From: Paramoeba atlantica
Lineage: Eukaryota > Protista > Discosea
DNA: 64,000 nucleotides
NCBI GenBank assembly: GCA_977017575.1
Contig: CDRNVI010000003.1
Location: 248,001-312,000 of the forward strand
Direction: 5' to 3'
The notes below the pieces were generated by a model. It ran no database searches. It was not told the DNA's origin and saw only the letters and a program-made list of their open reading frames with translations. Shown in pieces: positions 31,581 to 42,388 of the stretch. Positions within the stretch are counted from its first letter, which is position 1, and every line of letters begins with the position of its first letter. The translations under genes and the position numbers were made by a program.

Positions 31581-32381
31581 CTAAACACTGTTCGAAATGT
31601 CATCTTTCTGGGGAAGAAACATCACTACGCGAGGCAAAGTTCCCTGCGGTTCATATCCACTAAAAAGGTTCATTCGAAGATCTATTTGAGGTGGATCAAT
31701 GTATTTCCCCATACAATATTCGGTAAGATCAAGTACACCAGTAAATTCATTTGCTCCCAAATAAATTTTGCTTAGACTGGGAGAAAGAATGCCTATTTTG
31801 AGCAACCCACCCAATTTATTTCCGGAAAGGGCTAGGAAGTTCATCGCAGGAGGAAGAAAGTCTAAAACAATGCCACCTGAAAATTTATTGCTGTTCGCAG
31901 AAAGCAAACGAAATCCAGGAGGAAGATTCATTAGATCGACTGTACCTGAAAGAGCATTATTGTTGATGAAGAATGAAACCATGGCAGGAGGGAGGGTCGT
32001 GAAATCTATTGCACCTGTATGCCTATCTCGATGATGGCTACACTGCACAGTCTCGATCGTTCGGGGAAGGAAATCCCATGTCAAATTTCCGTAAAAAGAC
32101 ACCAAATTTTTGTTCCAATTGAGTTCAACAATGCTTCCATTTAGATTACAACGAACACCGTCCCACTTACATACCGGGAGTTCTTTCGTTCCACCGAAAA
32201 GTGATCTTTTGCGTAGGTTCCATGAAGATGGACGGGAATGTACTTGATTGACGAATTGTTCCATCATAGATTCTTGTGACAATATACCGCTCCCTACTTT
32301 ACTGGGACGGAAGTCGGCGCCATCATCTATATTTCGAACAAATACGACTTTCGGAATTGGTACGTACTGCAGGAAAAGCAT
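31581..32381 (-). CDS. Small LRR protein (member 4)
   Basis: Cap VCKWDGVRCN, repeats LPPAM..NNALSG and LPPGF..NKFSG. Confidence 0.88.
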   Translation of the reverse strand: MLFLQYVPIPKVVFVRNIDDGADFRPSKVGSGILSQESMMEQFVNQVHSRPSSWNLRKRSLFGGTKELPVCKWDGVRCNLNGSIVELNWNKNLVSFYGNLTWDFLPRTIETVQCSHHRDRHTGAIDFTTLPPAMVSFFINNNALSGTVDLMNLPPGFRLLSANSNKFSGGIVLDFLPPAMNFLALSGNKLGGLLKIGILSPSLSKIYLGANEFTGVLDLTEYCMGKYIDPPQIDLRMNLFSGYEPQGTLPRVVMFLPQKDDISNSV

Positions 32382-32493
32382 TTTAAATATCTCAAATAAT
32401 TAATCAGAATTTTTAAGACAGAATCTGATGAGATAATTAAAAAAATGCTTTCATAAAGTATCGTAAGGGGCCCGTAAAAGTACGACACGTTTT

Positions 32494-33197
32494 TTAAAAG
32501 AAAATCACAAACCCGGGGATTAGAAGACCAAAATACGTAGGGCTACGTATATTTTCAAATTTTGATACTTTGAAATCGCGCACCTCTACGCGGATACCTG
32601 GATTACGATTTAAACAAAGAAGTTTTAGAGATTTAGGGAGCGAATTCAACCCAACGTGCTCAGTCCAATAATTTTTGGCAAGGCTTAAGAATACCATGCT
32701 AGCTGGAAGAAATTTAAACGGCAAGGGACCATAAAATTGATTCTCCTCTAAATTTAGCATGGTCACTTTCTTGGAAGTACTTCCAGAGGAAGCGTACAGT
32801 TAAGTTGGTTCCTGAATAGGTTAAGACTTTCTATCGTAGAAGGTAGTTGTTACCAAATACCGCACCCTCGAAGAAAAAGAGCGCGCCATATAATCCTTAC
32901 GACCTCACCATTCCTATTGTTTTCAACGCCGAACCATGAAGAAGCTGGCACTTCATTTTTCCATGATGAATCAGGGTATTCGACATTCCGAACGAAACGT
33001 TAAAATTTGTATTCCACAGGAAGACAACTACTGTGGACTTTGCTGAGACGAGAAATATTCGAAGGTTTTTTCATGTGATCGCATAGACCTACAAAAAGCA
33101 TTGCTATAACTATAAGATGGAAAAGAAGGGACGCTGCTTCAAATTTTCGTACTGAGGAAGAAATATACAACTGATCAAAAAAAGCACACCCCTCCAA
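32494..33197 (-). pseudogene. LRR family pseudogene (member 5)
   Basis: SKVHSSCLPVEY lead, then PDSSWKNEVPASSWFGVEN..GIW*QLPSTIESLNLFRNQL and MLNLEENQFYG in different frames (stop plus frameshifts). Confidence 0.78.
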
Positions 33198-33362
33198 TTA
33201 CTACATTTTCGTATTATAATACATGAATGTAAAATTCTGGGTCTAATTACTATCACTGTGGTTACAGTACTCATAAATATTAATCCATAGAATTCGGAAG
33301 ATAGATTAAGAGAAAACTATTAAGGAAAAACTATATGATCACCCCACGCACACACAAAAAAT

Positions 33363-35792
33363 TTAAGCCTTGTAGCCCCTCCGTATCCGAAATTTAATAT
33401 TCTTTTTAGCCTGCTGTCCGCGACGCCTATCTTTTTGCTTTTGAGAAAGCTGTTGCCGGCGACGTACAGTGCTGCTACGCTGCGTCATAGAAAACAGTTT
33501 TCTTTTTCGACTTTCGCCATGAGTATGCGAACCGCTTCGCAAACTCTTCTTGTAGCCTATAGAATGTTTTTTTCGTTCTTCTTCTATTTGAGACATTTTT
33601 TCCTCATATTGGATCGTGCGCTGCTTGTTGCTGTGTTTCTCAATGATTGAAGGATCAACACTATCATTGGCTTGTAAATCAGATATGGTTAACACATGCT
33701 TTGCTATTGAATTTTTGCCTTTCTTTGCAGTATTTTGAATTTTTTTAATTTTGGAGAAGTCCTCGGAAGTAAGTAAAACCTCCCGCGCATCTAGTAACTC
33801 AGTAGAAGCTGGAGTTGGAACTTCGTCGTTGTTTTGTTCAATAATGGGTATTAGATCTGGCAATGATCCGGTATCAGATTCCCAGTATTCAGCAGAACTG
33901 TTGTCACTGCTATTTATTGAGTCCGTTGATTGCTGTAGAGCATCCGTATTAGTAGAAGCTACTGAACTACATTCATATGTTTTCACCCCCTGGAGCACTC
34001 CCTTTTCTTCGATTTCATGGGGTGGCCTTTGAAAACTGCAACTCTCAGTCATGAAGGAGTTTGGATTGTCCTCAACAGCGGAATCAACTACCTCGCACTC
34101 TGCTTCTTGAAATGAATCACTGCCCCGTTCACAACCGGTTGACTCTTCGTGGTCAGTGTATTCTGAGTTGAAAAACGAATCGTTTTCGTTTGATTGATAT
34201 TCTAGTCCATCTTCTACAAGATTCTGTTCTTGAATGGCATTATTTCGACTCGCATTTAACAAATCTAAACCAGTAATTTGATCTAAAGGTGCAGCTTCAC
34301 CGTATCGTTTGGGTGGAAAAATTGGCACTGTTTCCTTTGAACGTTTGCGATACTTGGGTGGGAGCATTTCGGGTTGAGTTTGACGAAAAAATCGCAGCAA
34401 AGAACGGGCTGCTGAAGCAACCCCTGGTGATTGTCGATGCTTAACATAATCCAGTAAACTGTGGAGTACATCAGTTTCCATAGACCATGGTTGTCGTTTG
34501 CAGATTTCGCGAAGGGTGTTAATCCCAATTGTAATAGAGTCTGGTGTGGCTTTGTCGTGCACAAAGTGACTGGTAATCGTTCGACACAAGGGTTGCAGTT
34601 CCTGCGGTGGAATCTCGTCGTGCACGGCCTCCACAGCCAAAGTAAGTATTAGAGTAACGTCACGTTGATAAGGTTCTAAGTACCGCTGTAAATAACTGTA
34701 ATACGGAAATAAGAGCACGCGATGCACACATATGATGCGAGATAATACTTGCATCATACGTAAGCGTACTTCAAAACGTTCCGTTGTCCGACGTAAAGTG
34801 GCGAAAAGTTTTTCAGCATATCCTTGTGGGTCACGCAACATTCGGATGGGATCATGCTGAGAAGGCAGCCCAGAAGAAAAGGAGTCTTGCTCCGACTCAG
34901 ACGCATCGTTTGAAGCTCCAGCACGTTGTAGTACATGTTGTACAGACTTTTTAAGTTTCTGCTCCCTACCTCTCGTCTTTTTTCTTACCCTAAATGAGTG
35001 GTGCAGGGAGCCTACCTGTGTCTGCACGCCTTTCCTTTCCGCATCTGTGATATCTTTCTGAAGGGTATGCAACCGCCGTAGAAGAAAATATAGAGCAATT
35101 TTCACGACCCGACTGTGTTTCGAAAATACGGCCTGTGATATAAAATGCACCGAAAGTTCATCTCTCCATCGTGGATTGCGACGATAAAGATCAATAAAAA
35201 GAAGTAATGCATAACGGGATGAAACTGGATCCTCTTCTTCAATCAAATCATTCACGTGGCATTGCATGCTTTTCAGGGAGCGAGAGTTTCCAACCAAATC
35301 CCCGCGACACAAGTCGCTCGCAAGATGTCGAATGAGTAAGCGACGAAGATTCTTATCTGGCGCCGAAAGCATCGAGAGAAAGAAAGGTATTGTGTCGCTC
35401 GATAAAAGCAGTTTGCGGGAGCGTAAAGAGATCACTCCTTGCATCAAAGCTTGTATAATTTTCGGCGGATAGCGATTCAAACAAGGAAGCGATTTGGCGT
35501 TCAACCTAGCTGAAGTTTGGTGAGAAAAGTGAAACAGTTCATATACTAAGTGAAGCAACCGACTAGGAACACCATCATGAACCTCGCGACAAACGTTGAA
35601 CACAATATTAATAGAACTAATCATGGTATCTACAGGCACCGAAGCTGTACTTACCTTTAGTAGAGACAACAAAGCCTCAAAATGTGTGACATATTGTGCA
35701 TACTCCTCGGCATAGCTTCCGGGATCCTTTCTCATTCGTTCCTGCAAAAGCTCTATAGATCCTGTAAATGGAAGCTCAAGGCTGCTGTTCAT
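33363..35792 (-). CDS. SDA1: Ribosome biogenesis protein SDA1
   Basis: LQERMRKDPGSYAEEY..HF, IGINTLREICKRQPWSM, acidic linker, basic C-terminus. Confidence 0.9.
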   Translation of the reverse strand: MNSSLELPFTGSIELLQERMRKDPGSYAEEYAQYVTHFEALLSLLKVSTASVPVDTMISSINIVFNVCREVHDGVPSRLLHLVYELFHFSHQTSARLNAKSLPCLNRYPPKIIQALMQGVISLRSRKLLLSSDTIPFFLSMLSAPDKNLRRLLIRHLASDLCRGDLVGNSRSLKSMQCHVNDLIEEEDPVSSRYALLLFIDLYRRNPRWRDELSVHFISQAVFSKHSRVVKIALYFLLRRLHTLQKDITDAERKGVQTQVGSLHHSFRVRKKTRGREQKLKKSVQHVLQRAGASNDASESEQDSFSSGLPSQHDPIRMLRDPQGYAEKLFATLRRTTERFEVRLRMMQVLSRIICVHRVLLFPYYSYLQRYLEPYQRDVTLILTLAVEAVHDEIPPQELQPLCRTITSHFVHDKATPDSITIGINTLREICKRQPWSMETDVLHSLLDYVKHRQSPGVASAARSLLRFFRQTQPEMLPPKYRKRSKETVPIFPPKRYGEAAPLDQITGLDLLNASRNNAIQEQNLVEDGLEYQSNENDSFFNSEYTDHEESTGCERGSDSFQEAECEVVDSAVEDNPNSFMTESCSFQRPPHEIEEKGVLQGVKTYECSSVASTNTDALQQSTDSINSSDNSSAEYWESDTGSLPDLIPIIEQNNDEVPTPASTELLDAREVLLTSEDFSKIKKIQNTAKKGKNSIAKHVLTISDLQANDSVDPSIIEKHSNKQRTIQYEEKMSQIEEERKKHSIGYKKSLRSGSHTHGESRKRKLFSMTQRSSTVRRRQQLSQKQKDRRRGQQAKKNIKFRIRRGYKA

Positions 35793-35971
35793 TGTGATGT
35801 TAGAAAAATTTATGAAAGTTGCGCTGCATATGATAAAAAGCTGTTAGCACATTAATTAACATTAAGAGAGTACCAAATTAAATTATTTCAGATAAGAAAT
35901 CGCATCTCGTTTTTATATGATGATGCTTATAGGCCGACCCTGTAATACATGAATAACTAAACAAGGTAAGG

Positions 35972-36370
35972 CTATTTACTGTGCTCTTTATCGCCTGAAT
36001 TGTTGTTCTTGAATTTATGAAGATCATTTATTAATTGATTGCTTTGTATTTGTAAAAGAGACAGCACGGCAGTGTGGCGTAGCAAAACTAATCGAAGTGA
36101 CGTAAGGAGCTTTGTATTTGTTAACTTTCCAGGCAGTGAGACGTCTTCTAAGAAATTAGAAATTTCATTTTTTGATAAATTGTGGTCGTGTAATTCTTGA
36201 AAAACCTGTATACCCATCGCAAAAGAATATAACAACCGCAACCCACTTAAGACAGATAGAACTGGCGGGTGCCCAAATTGAGTCAACATCGAATTAATAA
36301 TTTCAAGGAAACTGTCGCTATTTTGTGCCTCCAGTCTATTTTTCAGTTCAATCGGCTCATGATAAATCAT
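35972..36370 (-). CDS. Short hypothetical protein (possibly a remnant)
   Basis: 132-aa co-oriented ORF, no motif recognised. Confidence 0.35.
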   Translation of the reverse strand: MIYHEPIELKNRLEAQNSDSFLEIINSMLTQFGHPPVLSVLSGLRLLYSFAMGIQVFQELHDHNLSKNEISNFLEDVSLPGKLTNTKLLTSLRLVLLRHTAVLSLLQIQSNQLINDLHKFKNNNSGDKEHSK

Positions 36371-36767
36371 ATGCGCTGTAAAACTCTAGTTGCACATCAA
36401 ATAGTTATCAAATTATTCAATCGACACTACAAAAAAATACTATCGAATTTGAAAAAGGGTTCAAACACGCAGAGCAAACAATTCTACTCTTAACACCCCG
36501 TTTCGCCAATATAGACGGCGCAGTTTAAGCGCTATCTCTGCTTTAACTATTATTACTTTTAGCAAGTTCGCCTCCAAAAGCGGAGGTGGTATTCAACGCG
36601 AGGGGCGCATCGATATGCCTTCTAAACTTAAAACAGCCACTGTATTACCCAGATGGCAAACAAGGTTGGTTATTAAAACTATTTAGATTTTTTTTGAGAA
36701 GCGGCGGACCAGAATATCCAAAAAAGGTAACGGTATATTAAGCAACACACCCATCAAGGCAAACGAA

Positions 36768-37793
36768 TTAATCAGAATCTTTCCATATTAGACAACAGTG
36801 CCATAACAAAGGCACCGCGAACACAAGTCCTATTGCTATCACAGCGGGAGGACCGATAACAGGACCTAATATAAACATTGCCACATCGCATAAAAGAATA
36901 CACCCCAGAAGACTTGAAAAAATTCGCTTGCGCAGTAAGAAACGACCCAGGACATCTCTCCAATCATCCTCTATAGGAGCAAGCACCCCGGAAACCTTCC
37001 CTTTGGATGACATACTCGAGCGCGTGCTCATGGAGGGGGAAGGCTCCACACGGGGACTTTCCCCATCCTCACCCACGTGCCGGTTTACCTCTGCCTCGCC
37101 GAGCACCCACTGCATCTCCTCCCCACTGTCCTCCACGCAGTACGGGAGCTTCCACGTGCCATGCCACATCACCTCATACCACGGACGCATGCGGTTGTGT
37201 TCCCACACGAAGGTGAGATTGATCCCGTCGAAGAACAGCGACGGGGGTGGAACCCACACACGGTCACTCGAGTGAAGTCGTGGAAACCTTTTCACCTCCA
37301 TGGTTTCGGGGGGAAAGGTATTTCCCGAACGAGGGTCCGAAGCGTTGCTTTCGGAGGGTGAGGGCATACTGTGGGAGGACAACCCCCGCCACACGACGCG
37401 GTCAATAACCTGGCGAATGTCAAGTCTGCGGAACTCTTCTCGGCTCAGTGGGGTGAAGCCACGTATGAGGTGGAATCGTCGCAACAGGGGGACGAAGAGC
37501 TCTCGACAGCGCCCGGAGCGAGCACTTTCGCAGTAGGCACGAAACCCTGCTCGGTAGAATTCATCAATCAAGGAGACGTCCAAGGTTTGTTCCGGGGGCA
37601 AGCGCATTCCGCACCAACCCTTGCGCTCAGGACAGAATTCTAAGACATCGATTGGTGGTTTCGGGATGGGAGAAAACTTTAGAGAACCAGCGTCCGCAGG
37701 GTTGACCCCGGAAAGGTGACTTAAGAGAAGGATTTGTGAGCACCAAAGTAAAGAACGCACCACCCTCTCGATTGAGCAACAATGATCTATCAT
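36768..37793 (-). CDS. Hypothetical membrane protein (N-terminal hydrophobic segment, C-terminal TMs)
   Basis: 341 aa. Hydrophobic N-terminus, core RMRPWYEVMWHGTWKLPY, two C-terminal hydrophobic helices. Confidence 0.7.
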   Translation of the reverse strand: MIDHCCSIERVVRSLLWCSQILLLSHLSGVNPADAGSLKFSPIPKPPIDVLEFCPERKGWCGMRLPPEQTLDVSLIDEFYRAGFRAYCESARSGRCRELFVPLLRRFHLIRGFTPLSREEFRRLDIRQVIDRVVWRGLSSHSMPSPSESNASDPRSGNTFPPETMEVKRFPRLHSSDRVWVPPPSLFFDGINLTFVWEHNRMRPWYEVMWHGTWKLPYCVEDSGEEMQWVLGEAEVNRHVGEDGESPRVEPSPSMSTRSSMSSKGKVSGVLAPIEDDWRDVLGRFLLRKRIFSSLLGCILLCDVAMFILGPVIGPPAVIAIGLVFAVPLLWHCCLIWKDSD

Positions 37794-38139
37794 TTATCTA
37801 AAAGAAATAATACAGTCTTGCAGAATATCGAGGACATTGTTCATCAAAGTATGCAGCTTGCTCAACATAATCTACGATTTTGTTTTATGAATTACTTTCT
37901 AAAATGAATTTGTATGTTTACAGTATAGTTGGAGTGATTTTTCTTCCCCATCTTGTGCAGTTGAGCTTTTCATGTCAAGCATTACATTCTAAATTTTAGA
38001 GATATCTTAAATTCAGTAATATTTCTACTCGACTGATTACAACTATTCGACTGGTAAAAATTATTTTAAAAAAGAATTATTGTAAAAATTATTGTGTCAT
38101 CTCAAAATTTTACTCAAACTTTGGTCGTAGTACTGAATT

Positions 38140-38904
38140 CTAGTATATAAGGGCAATAAAACAGGAGAACAACGCAAAAACACAAACAATCAAAGCAATT
38201 ATGATCAGATAGCGGTGACGCAAAGATGGAACAAAATCGATATCTTGATCAAATTGATTACCAGAAAAGGTCGCATGTACCAGTGATGGCGGAAGCAGAG
38301 TGACGTTCAGAGATCCCGAAAGCAGGTTATGCCTGACATCCAAGTATTCCAAATTAGGAGGAAGAAAGCGCAACTCCAAAGGTCCATTGAATTTGTTTTC
38401 ATGAGCATCCAAATATCTAAGGGGTGCGGGGAGAGAAGTCAAGTCCATGAAGCCTTGTATGTTATTTTTTGAGAGGGAGAGATGTCGCAAATTAGTCGGT
38501 AATTGTGTGAAATCGAGAGTTCCAAAAAAGTGGTTTCCATCTATCATAAGATATTCCAGCTGAGATGGAAGTTGCCAAGGAGACACTATGCCATTTAGCG
38601 AATGTGAACACAGGTTAATGTATCGCACGGAGCGAGGTAGGGCGCCCCACACGACGGTACCATGGAGAGAGTTTGTCTCTTTTCCATATAGACTCGTAGA
38701 AGACCAATGTAGCGCCTCCACAACTCCATGAGGGGTACATCTTACACCTTTCCAAGTCCGTATGTCCCTCTCAGGGTGCCATGAAATGGGAGTGCCGACC
38801 AGAAGTCGCACAAAAGTCCACATCTGCTCCTCCGGAGAATGCATCAGAGAGCGTCGGGACTTACCAGCGCGACTGGCATGCACGGGAGGTGAGGATTCCT
38901 CCAT
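38140..38904 (-). CDS. LRR protein with C-terminal transmembrane anchor (member 6)
   Basis: Cap TWKGVRC, LRRs, C-terminal YLIIIALIVCVFALFSCFIALIY. Confidence 0.88.
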   Translation of the reverse strand: MEESSPPVHASRAGKSRRSLMHSPEEQMWTFVRLLVGTPISWHPERDIRTWKGVRCTPHGVVEALHWSSTSLYGKETNSLHGTVVWGALPRSVRYINLCSHSLNGIVSPWQLPSQLEYLMIDGNHFFGTLDFTQLPTNLRHLSLSKNNIQGFMDLTSLPAPLRYLDAHENKFNGPLELRFLPPNLEYLDVRHNLLSGSLNVTLLPPSLVHATFSGNQFDQDIDFVPSLRHRYLIIIALIVCVFALFSCFIALIY

Positions 38905-39091
38905 AAAAATTCAACAAGGAGAGTGAAAACTTAAGATTAAAGGATAATTCAAACCTAAAAAACGTACATTAAAAAAGGATATTGCAAACATGATGATATA
39001 GTAGTGTTTTGTCGATAGTACAGAAAGTGAGCCGCTGATTTCTGCAGCCCCTTAATTATAAATTGATAAGTTCTATCATTCGACTTTATGA

Positions 39092-39163
39092 AAATACACC
39101 TTTTTGTAATAGAATAAATACACCTTCTTGTAATAGAATAAATACACCTTCTTGTAATAGAAT
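39092..39163. repeat. 24-bp tandem repeat x3
   Basis: AAATACACCTT(T/C)TTGTAATAGAAT three times without spacers. Confidence 0.9.
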
Positions 39164-39175
39164 AAGATACTTTTT

Positions 39176-39615
39176 GGTCAAAGGGGCATATTTTGTACCA
39201 AATATTTTTTTTAATGAAATTTCTCCCCGACGAGTAGAAAAAAGTTCTTAAACTTACAAAAACATTTTATCGTTCCTCATTAGTACTGTCCAGAAATATT
39301 ACAAATGCTTGTATTGCGGGATTGCAATCACCTTTCACCTTCGCACAGCGCTGAAGAGTTTTTGCACATTCTAGGAAGGAATGCTCATCTCATACGTCGA
39401 TGGTGGGATTTAATTCACTCAAATGTATCATACCCTTTGCAGTCGAAGCTCATATTGTTGCACGAAATGTGATTTGAAAGGTGTTGCCAACTTTCTTTGC
39501 ATAACGGTTCCTTCGTAATGAAAGATTCTAATAAATTATTAGAATTTATTCAAATACTATAAAAACCGTTTTAATTCAGTCGGAAGAGTTGGTACGAAAA
39601 TATTCCCTTTTCGCC
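39176..39615. mobile_element. Merlin-type non-autonomous element, 440 bp
   Basis: TIRs GGTCAAAGGGGCATATTTTGTACCAA / GGCGAAAAGGGAATATTTTCGTACCAA, 8-bp TSD TACTTTTT (39168-39175, 39616-39623). Terminus matches the element at 71. Confidence 0.78.
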
Positions 39616-39694
39616 TACTTTTTTTCTTTCAAAATGCTATTGTCAATAGCATTTTATTGAGTATTACAATCTTTGTTTACTTAATATTCGTCAT

Positions 39695-40321
39695 TTACGA
39701 ATTTAATTTTACTACAGGGGCCCAGATTCCTATCTCTATTGAATTGAAATTGTTTCCTGAAAGGTTTAAGTCCCAAAGTGTAGGAGGAAATCGCCCTGTC
39801 AAGTCAGCGATGCCCGAAAATTTATTATGGTGCAAATGAAGGCGAGAAAGCCTTTTCGGAAGATCCGAAAATGAAAGCTCTTCAGTAAAACAATTATGGT
39901 CCAAAAAAAGATGCTCCAGTAAGCTGGGGAGATGTCGAAGATCTACCTCACCATCAAAATAGTTATGTGAAAGCCACAATTGCTGTAATGAAGAAGGAAG
40001 GTCCGACAACGCGACGTCACCGTTCAGTTGGTTATTCGTAGCATGTATTATCCGGAGTGTGTCGGGGAGAAGATACAAGGCAATGGAGCCACGAAGTTGT
40101 TTCCCACTCCAGTTGAGCTCACTTACTTCATGGGAGGGGTTGCAACGTACCCCGGTCCATGAACACGCAGACGTGTGAGTCACCCAGTTTGAAGGTTTGT
40201 CATGGATGTGTGACACAACACGCTCTAGCACATACTCTTGAGGAAGTCGAACTCCTTGAATCTTACCTCGAATTGAGGAGGGAATGGATTCAGCGCAGAT
40301 GCACAAGTATTTGCGCTGCAT
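39695..40321 (-). CDS. Small LRR protein (member 7)
   Basis: GKIQGVRLPQEY, cap ACSWTGVRCN, LRRs. Confidence 0.88.
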   Translation of the reverse strand: MQRKYLCICAESIPSSIRGKIQGVRLPQEYVLERVVSHIHDKPSNWVTHTSACSWTGVRCNPSHEVSELNWSGKQLRGSIALYLLPDTLRIIHATNNQLNGDVALSDLPSSLQQLWLSHNYFDGEVDLRHLPSLLEHLFLDHNCFTEELSFSDLPKRLSRLHLHHNKFSGIADLTGRFPPTLWDLNLSGNNFNSIEIGIWAPVVKLNS

Positions 40322-40584
40322 AAAGCAATAATTATTGTGTAATATTTAAATATGATAATACTAAATTAGACTTTTGAGCCTTTTTTCAGTTAAAATTAGA
40401 GGATTGAACGTTCAATTAACGTACTCTGAAGCACGCAAGGAATAAACATTCTCTTTCGAGATGAAGTCTTAGTGATATGCCTAAAATATCTCTTATTTTC
40501 ATATAGAGAAGAAGAAAACCGGAAGCCCTCTAACACCCATAACAATTGACCCAATAAAACCTTGCAAAAAGAATGCACTGACGA

Positions 40585-41736
40585 TCACAGCTTTCGTCGC
40601 TGAATACATTGTATCACACGACTTCTATCATGTGAAAGCCATATTATGTCACAATTCAAACACCATTTATTTTCGTCCAGTGATGTAATGTCATGAATGG
40701 CCTGTGACAAATGGGAGCTCCCACCACCGGTTCCAAAATAGTATTTTTTCGAAGCAATAAGTGCCTTAGCATGGGGAACTCGTCTCAGATTTTGAACGAC
40801 ACACTGAGCAATCTCTGCGGTCGCTTGGTCCGTAAAACATACATCTGCGCCGATGATCAAATCATAAGCTGGCGGAACATCCATTTCAATGGATTTGGAA
40901 CAAACGTTTGAATTGTATACTTTCGATGGCACCTCATCGCGAGCAGTGTTCCCCAAAAGAGCTTTCAAGTCTCGTGAAGACAATCGAGAAATATTCCGTA
41001 TTTCTAAGATTAGTCGCTCCCATGAAGTACGAAGTAGGTGAAAAGTTACCTCATATTTCTTCTTATCCTTGTTTTGTATTACGTCAGTGACATTCGAAAC
41101 AGATCCCCATACATGATTTATCAGATTGTTTAACGTAGTTTTTTCTAATACATCCTGATTATAGTCTTGTAGAGAAACTGTGATCCGAGACAATTCTAGC
41201 AAGGATTCGTAGCGACAAGAAAGCGTGCGAAGTAACGCAAGCGTGGGAAGCGCATTCCCACAACCAAGTTCAAGTATGTTAAATGCTAAATTATGCGCCA
41301 AACACAGATTTTGAGACAACAAATAGCTTGCAAGATCAATGCTGCAACTCCATATTTTATGACCTCCCTCATAAATGCCTGCCGAGCGATCGTTTAGTTC
41401 AGATTTACATAAACCCATATTAAGTGGACGAGGAATAAATAATTGTGAAGTGCCTTCATAGGTTAAGGAATTTGGACTTTCTTGCCTAGCATCCCGAATA
41501 ACGACTCCCTCTATTGGCATTAATTCTCCCAATTCCGAAATATGGGGAATCACAAAAGACTGTAAAACAATGGATTTCGAACAAACAGAACGTGGATACG
41601 TCATCGAGAAAGAATATCGATGTGATACTGTGTCTGCTTTATTTTGTGTGGTGTACTCCGTTTCCGCATACGAGAAGGAAAAGTCTCCGTGTTCACGTGA
41701 ATCTTCATTGCTGCCAAAATCAAAAGAAAAAGACAT
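40585..41736 (-). CDS. Histidine protein methyltransferase (METTL18/HPM1-like)
   Basis: YEGGHKIWSCSIDL, ILELGCGNALP, YDLIIGAD, KKYYFGTGGG. Confidence 0.88.
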   Translation of the reverse strand: MSFSFDFGSNEDSREHGDFSFSYAETEYTTQNKADTVSHRYSFSMTYPRSVCSKSIVLQSFVIPHISELGELMPIEGVVIRDARQESPNSLTYEGTSQLFIPRPLNMGLCKSELNDRSAGIYEGGHKIWSCSIDLASYLLSQNLCLAHNLAFNILELGCGNALPTLALLRTLSCRYESLLELSRITVSLQDYNQDVLEKTTLNNLINHVWGSVSNVTDVIQNKDKKKYEVTFHLLRTSWERLILEIRNISRLSSRDLKALLGNTARDEVPSKVYNSNVCSKSIEMDVPPAYDLIIGADVCFTDQATAEIAQCVVQNLRRVPHAKALIASKKYYFGTGGGSSHLSQAIHDITSLDENKWCLNCDIIWLSHDRSRVIQCIQRRKL

Positions 41737-42017
41737 TTTTTAGTGCCCTCCAGACAAAAATTTTCGACACTCTACCACAGAAAACGTATTAGTGTACGTT
41801 GCGCATTATAAAGCATCGTTCTGAAATAATTCGTATCTACTCCGAGAAAGCAAAAAGATAAACAGTAGCACAAGAGTCGAAATACAACCAATACTTTCAT
41901 AAAATTAAGTTCTTTTATTTCACATTCTGCCGTCTACGTGGTACACGTCATAAATACTAGTGACACGTCATGTATATCATTTCTCTTTGTCGCCAATATG
42001 GCAAATTCTAAAACTTA

Positions 42018-42299
42018 CTATCCCCCCCTATTTAATAGGACTCCGATTTTGGGGAAAAGACCCTATTAAAGGGGGGGACACGGTAAATAATGTGAAAGAA
42101 AAAAATCGGCGCCGCTTCGCGGCGCCTTTTTTATCGTTGTGAAACAAGGACCTACTTCCCTTTGATACAAAAAAATCCGCCGCTTCGCAGCGCATTCGAT
42201 ATTCTTTTGCCACCTACCCTGAAGTCTTTTTTGGTCTTCCAGACAAAATGGCCCTATTAAGGGGGGGTCACACGTAGCCCTATTAAATAGGGGGGATAG
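42018..42299. mobile_element. pogo-type MITE, 282 bp
   Basis: TIRs CTATCCCCCC(C)TATTTAATAGG with TA TSD, sub-terminal CCCTATTAA(A)GGGGGGG repeats, internal GCGCCGCTTCGCGGC shared with the pogo 3' region (~19425-19440). Confidence 0.85.
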
Positions 42300-42388
42300 T
42301 AATATATAAAATGGCGCTTAATATGCACGACCAATAGGAAGGAGGCGAGCGTACAGTATTGAACGTCATGAAAAGGAAACGTGTTTTG

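Noticed and set aside
39092-39163. CRISPR-like array
   Set aside because: The repeats are contiguous with no spacers, the context is eukaryotic and there are no cas genes.
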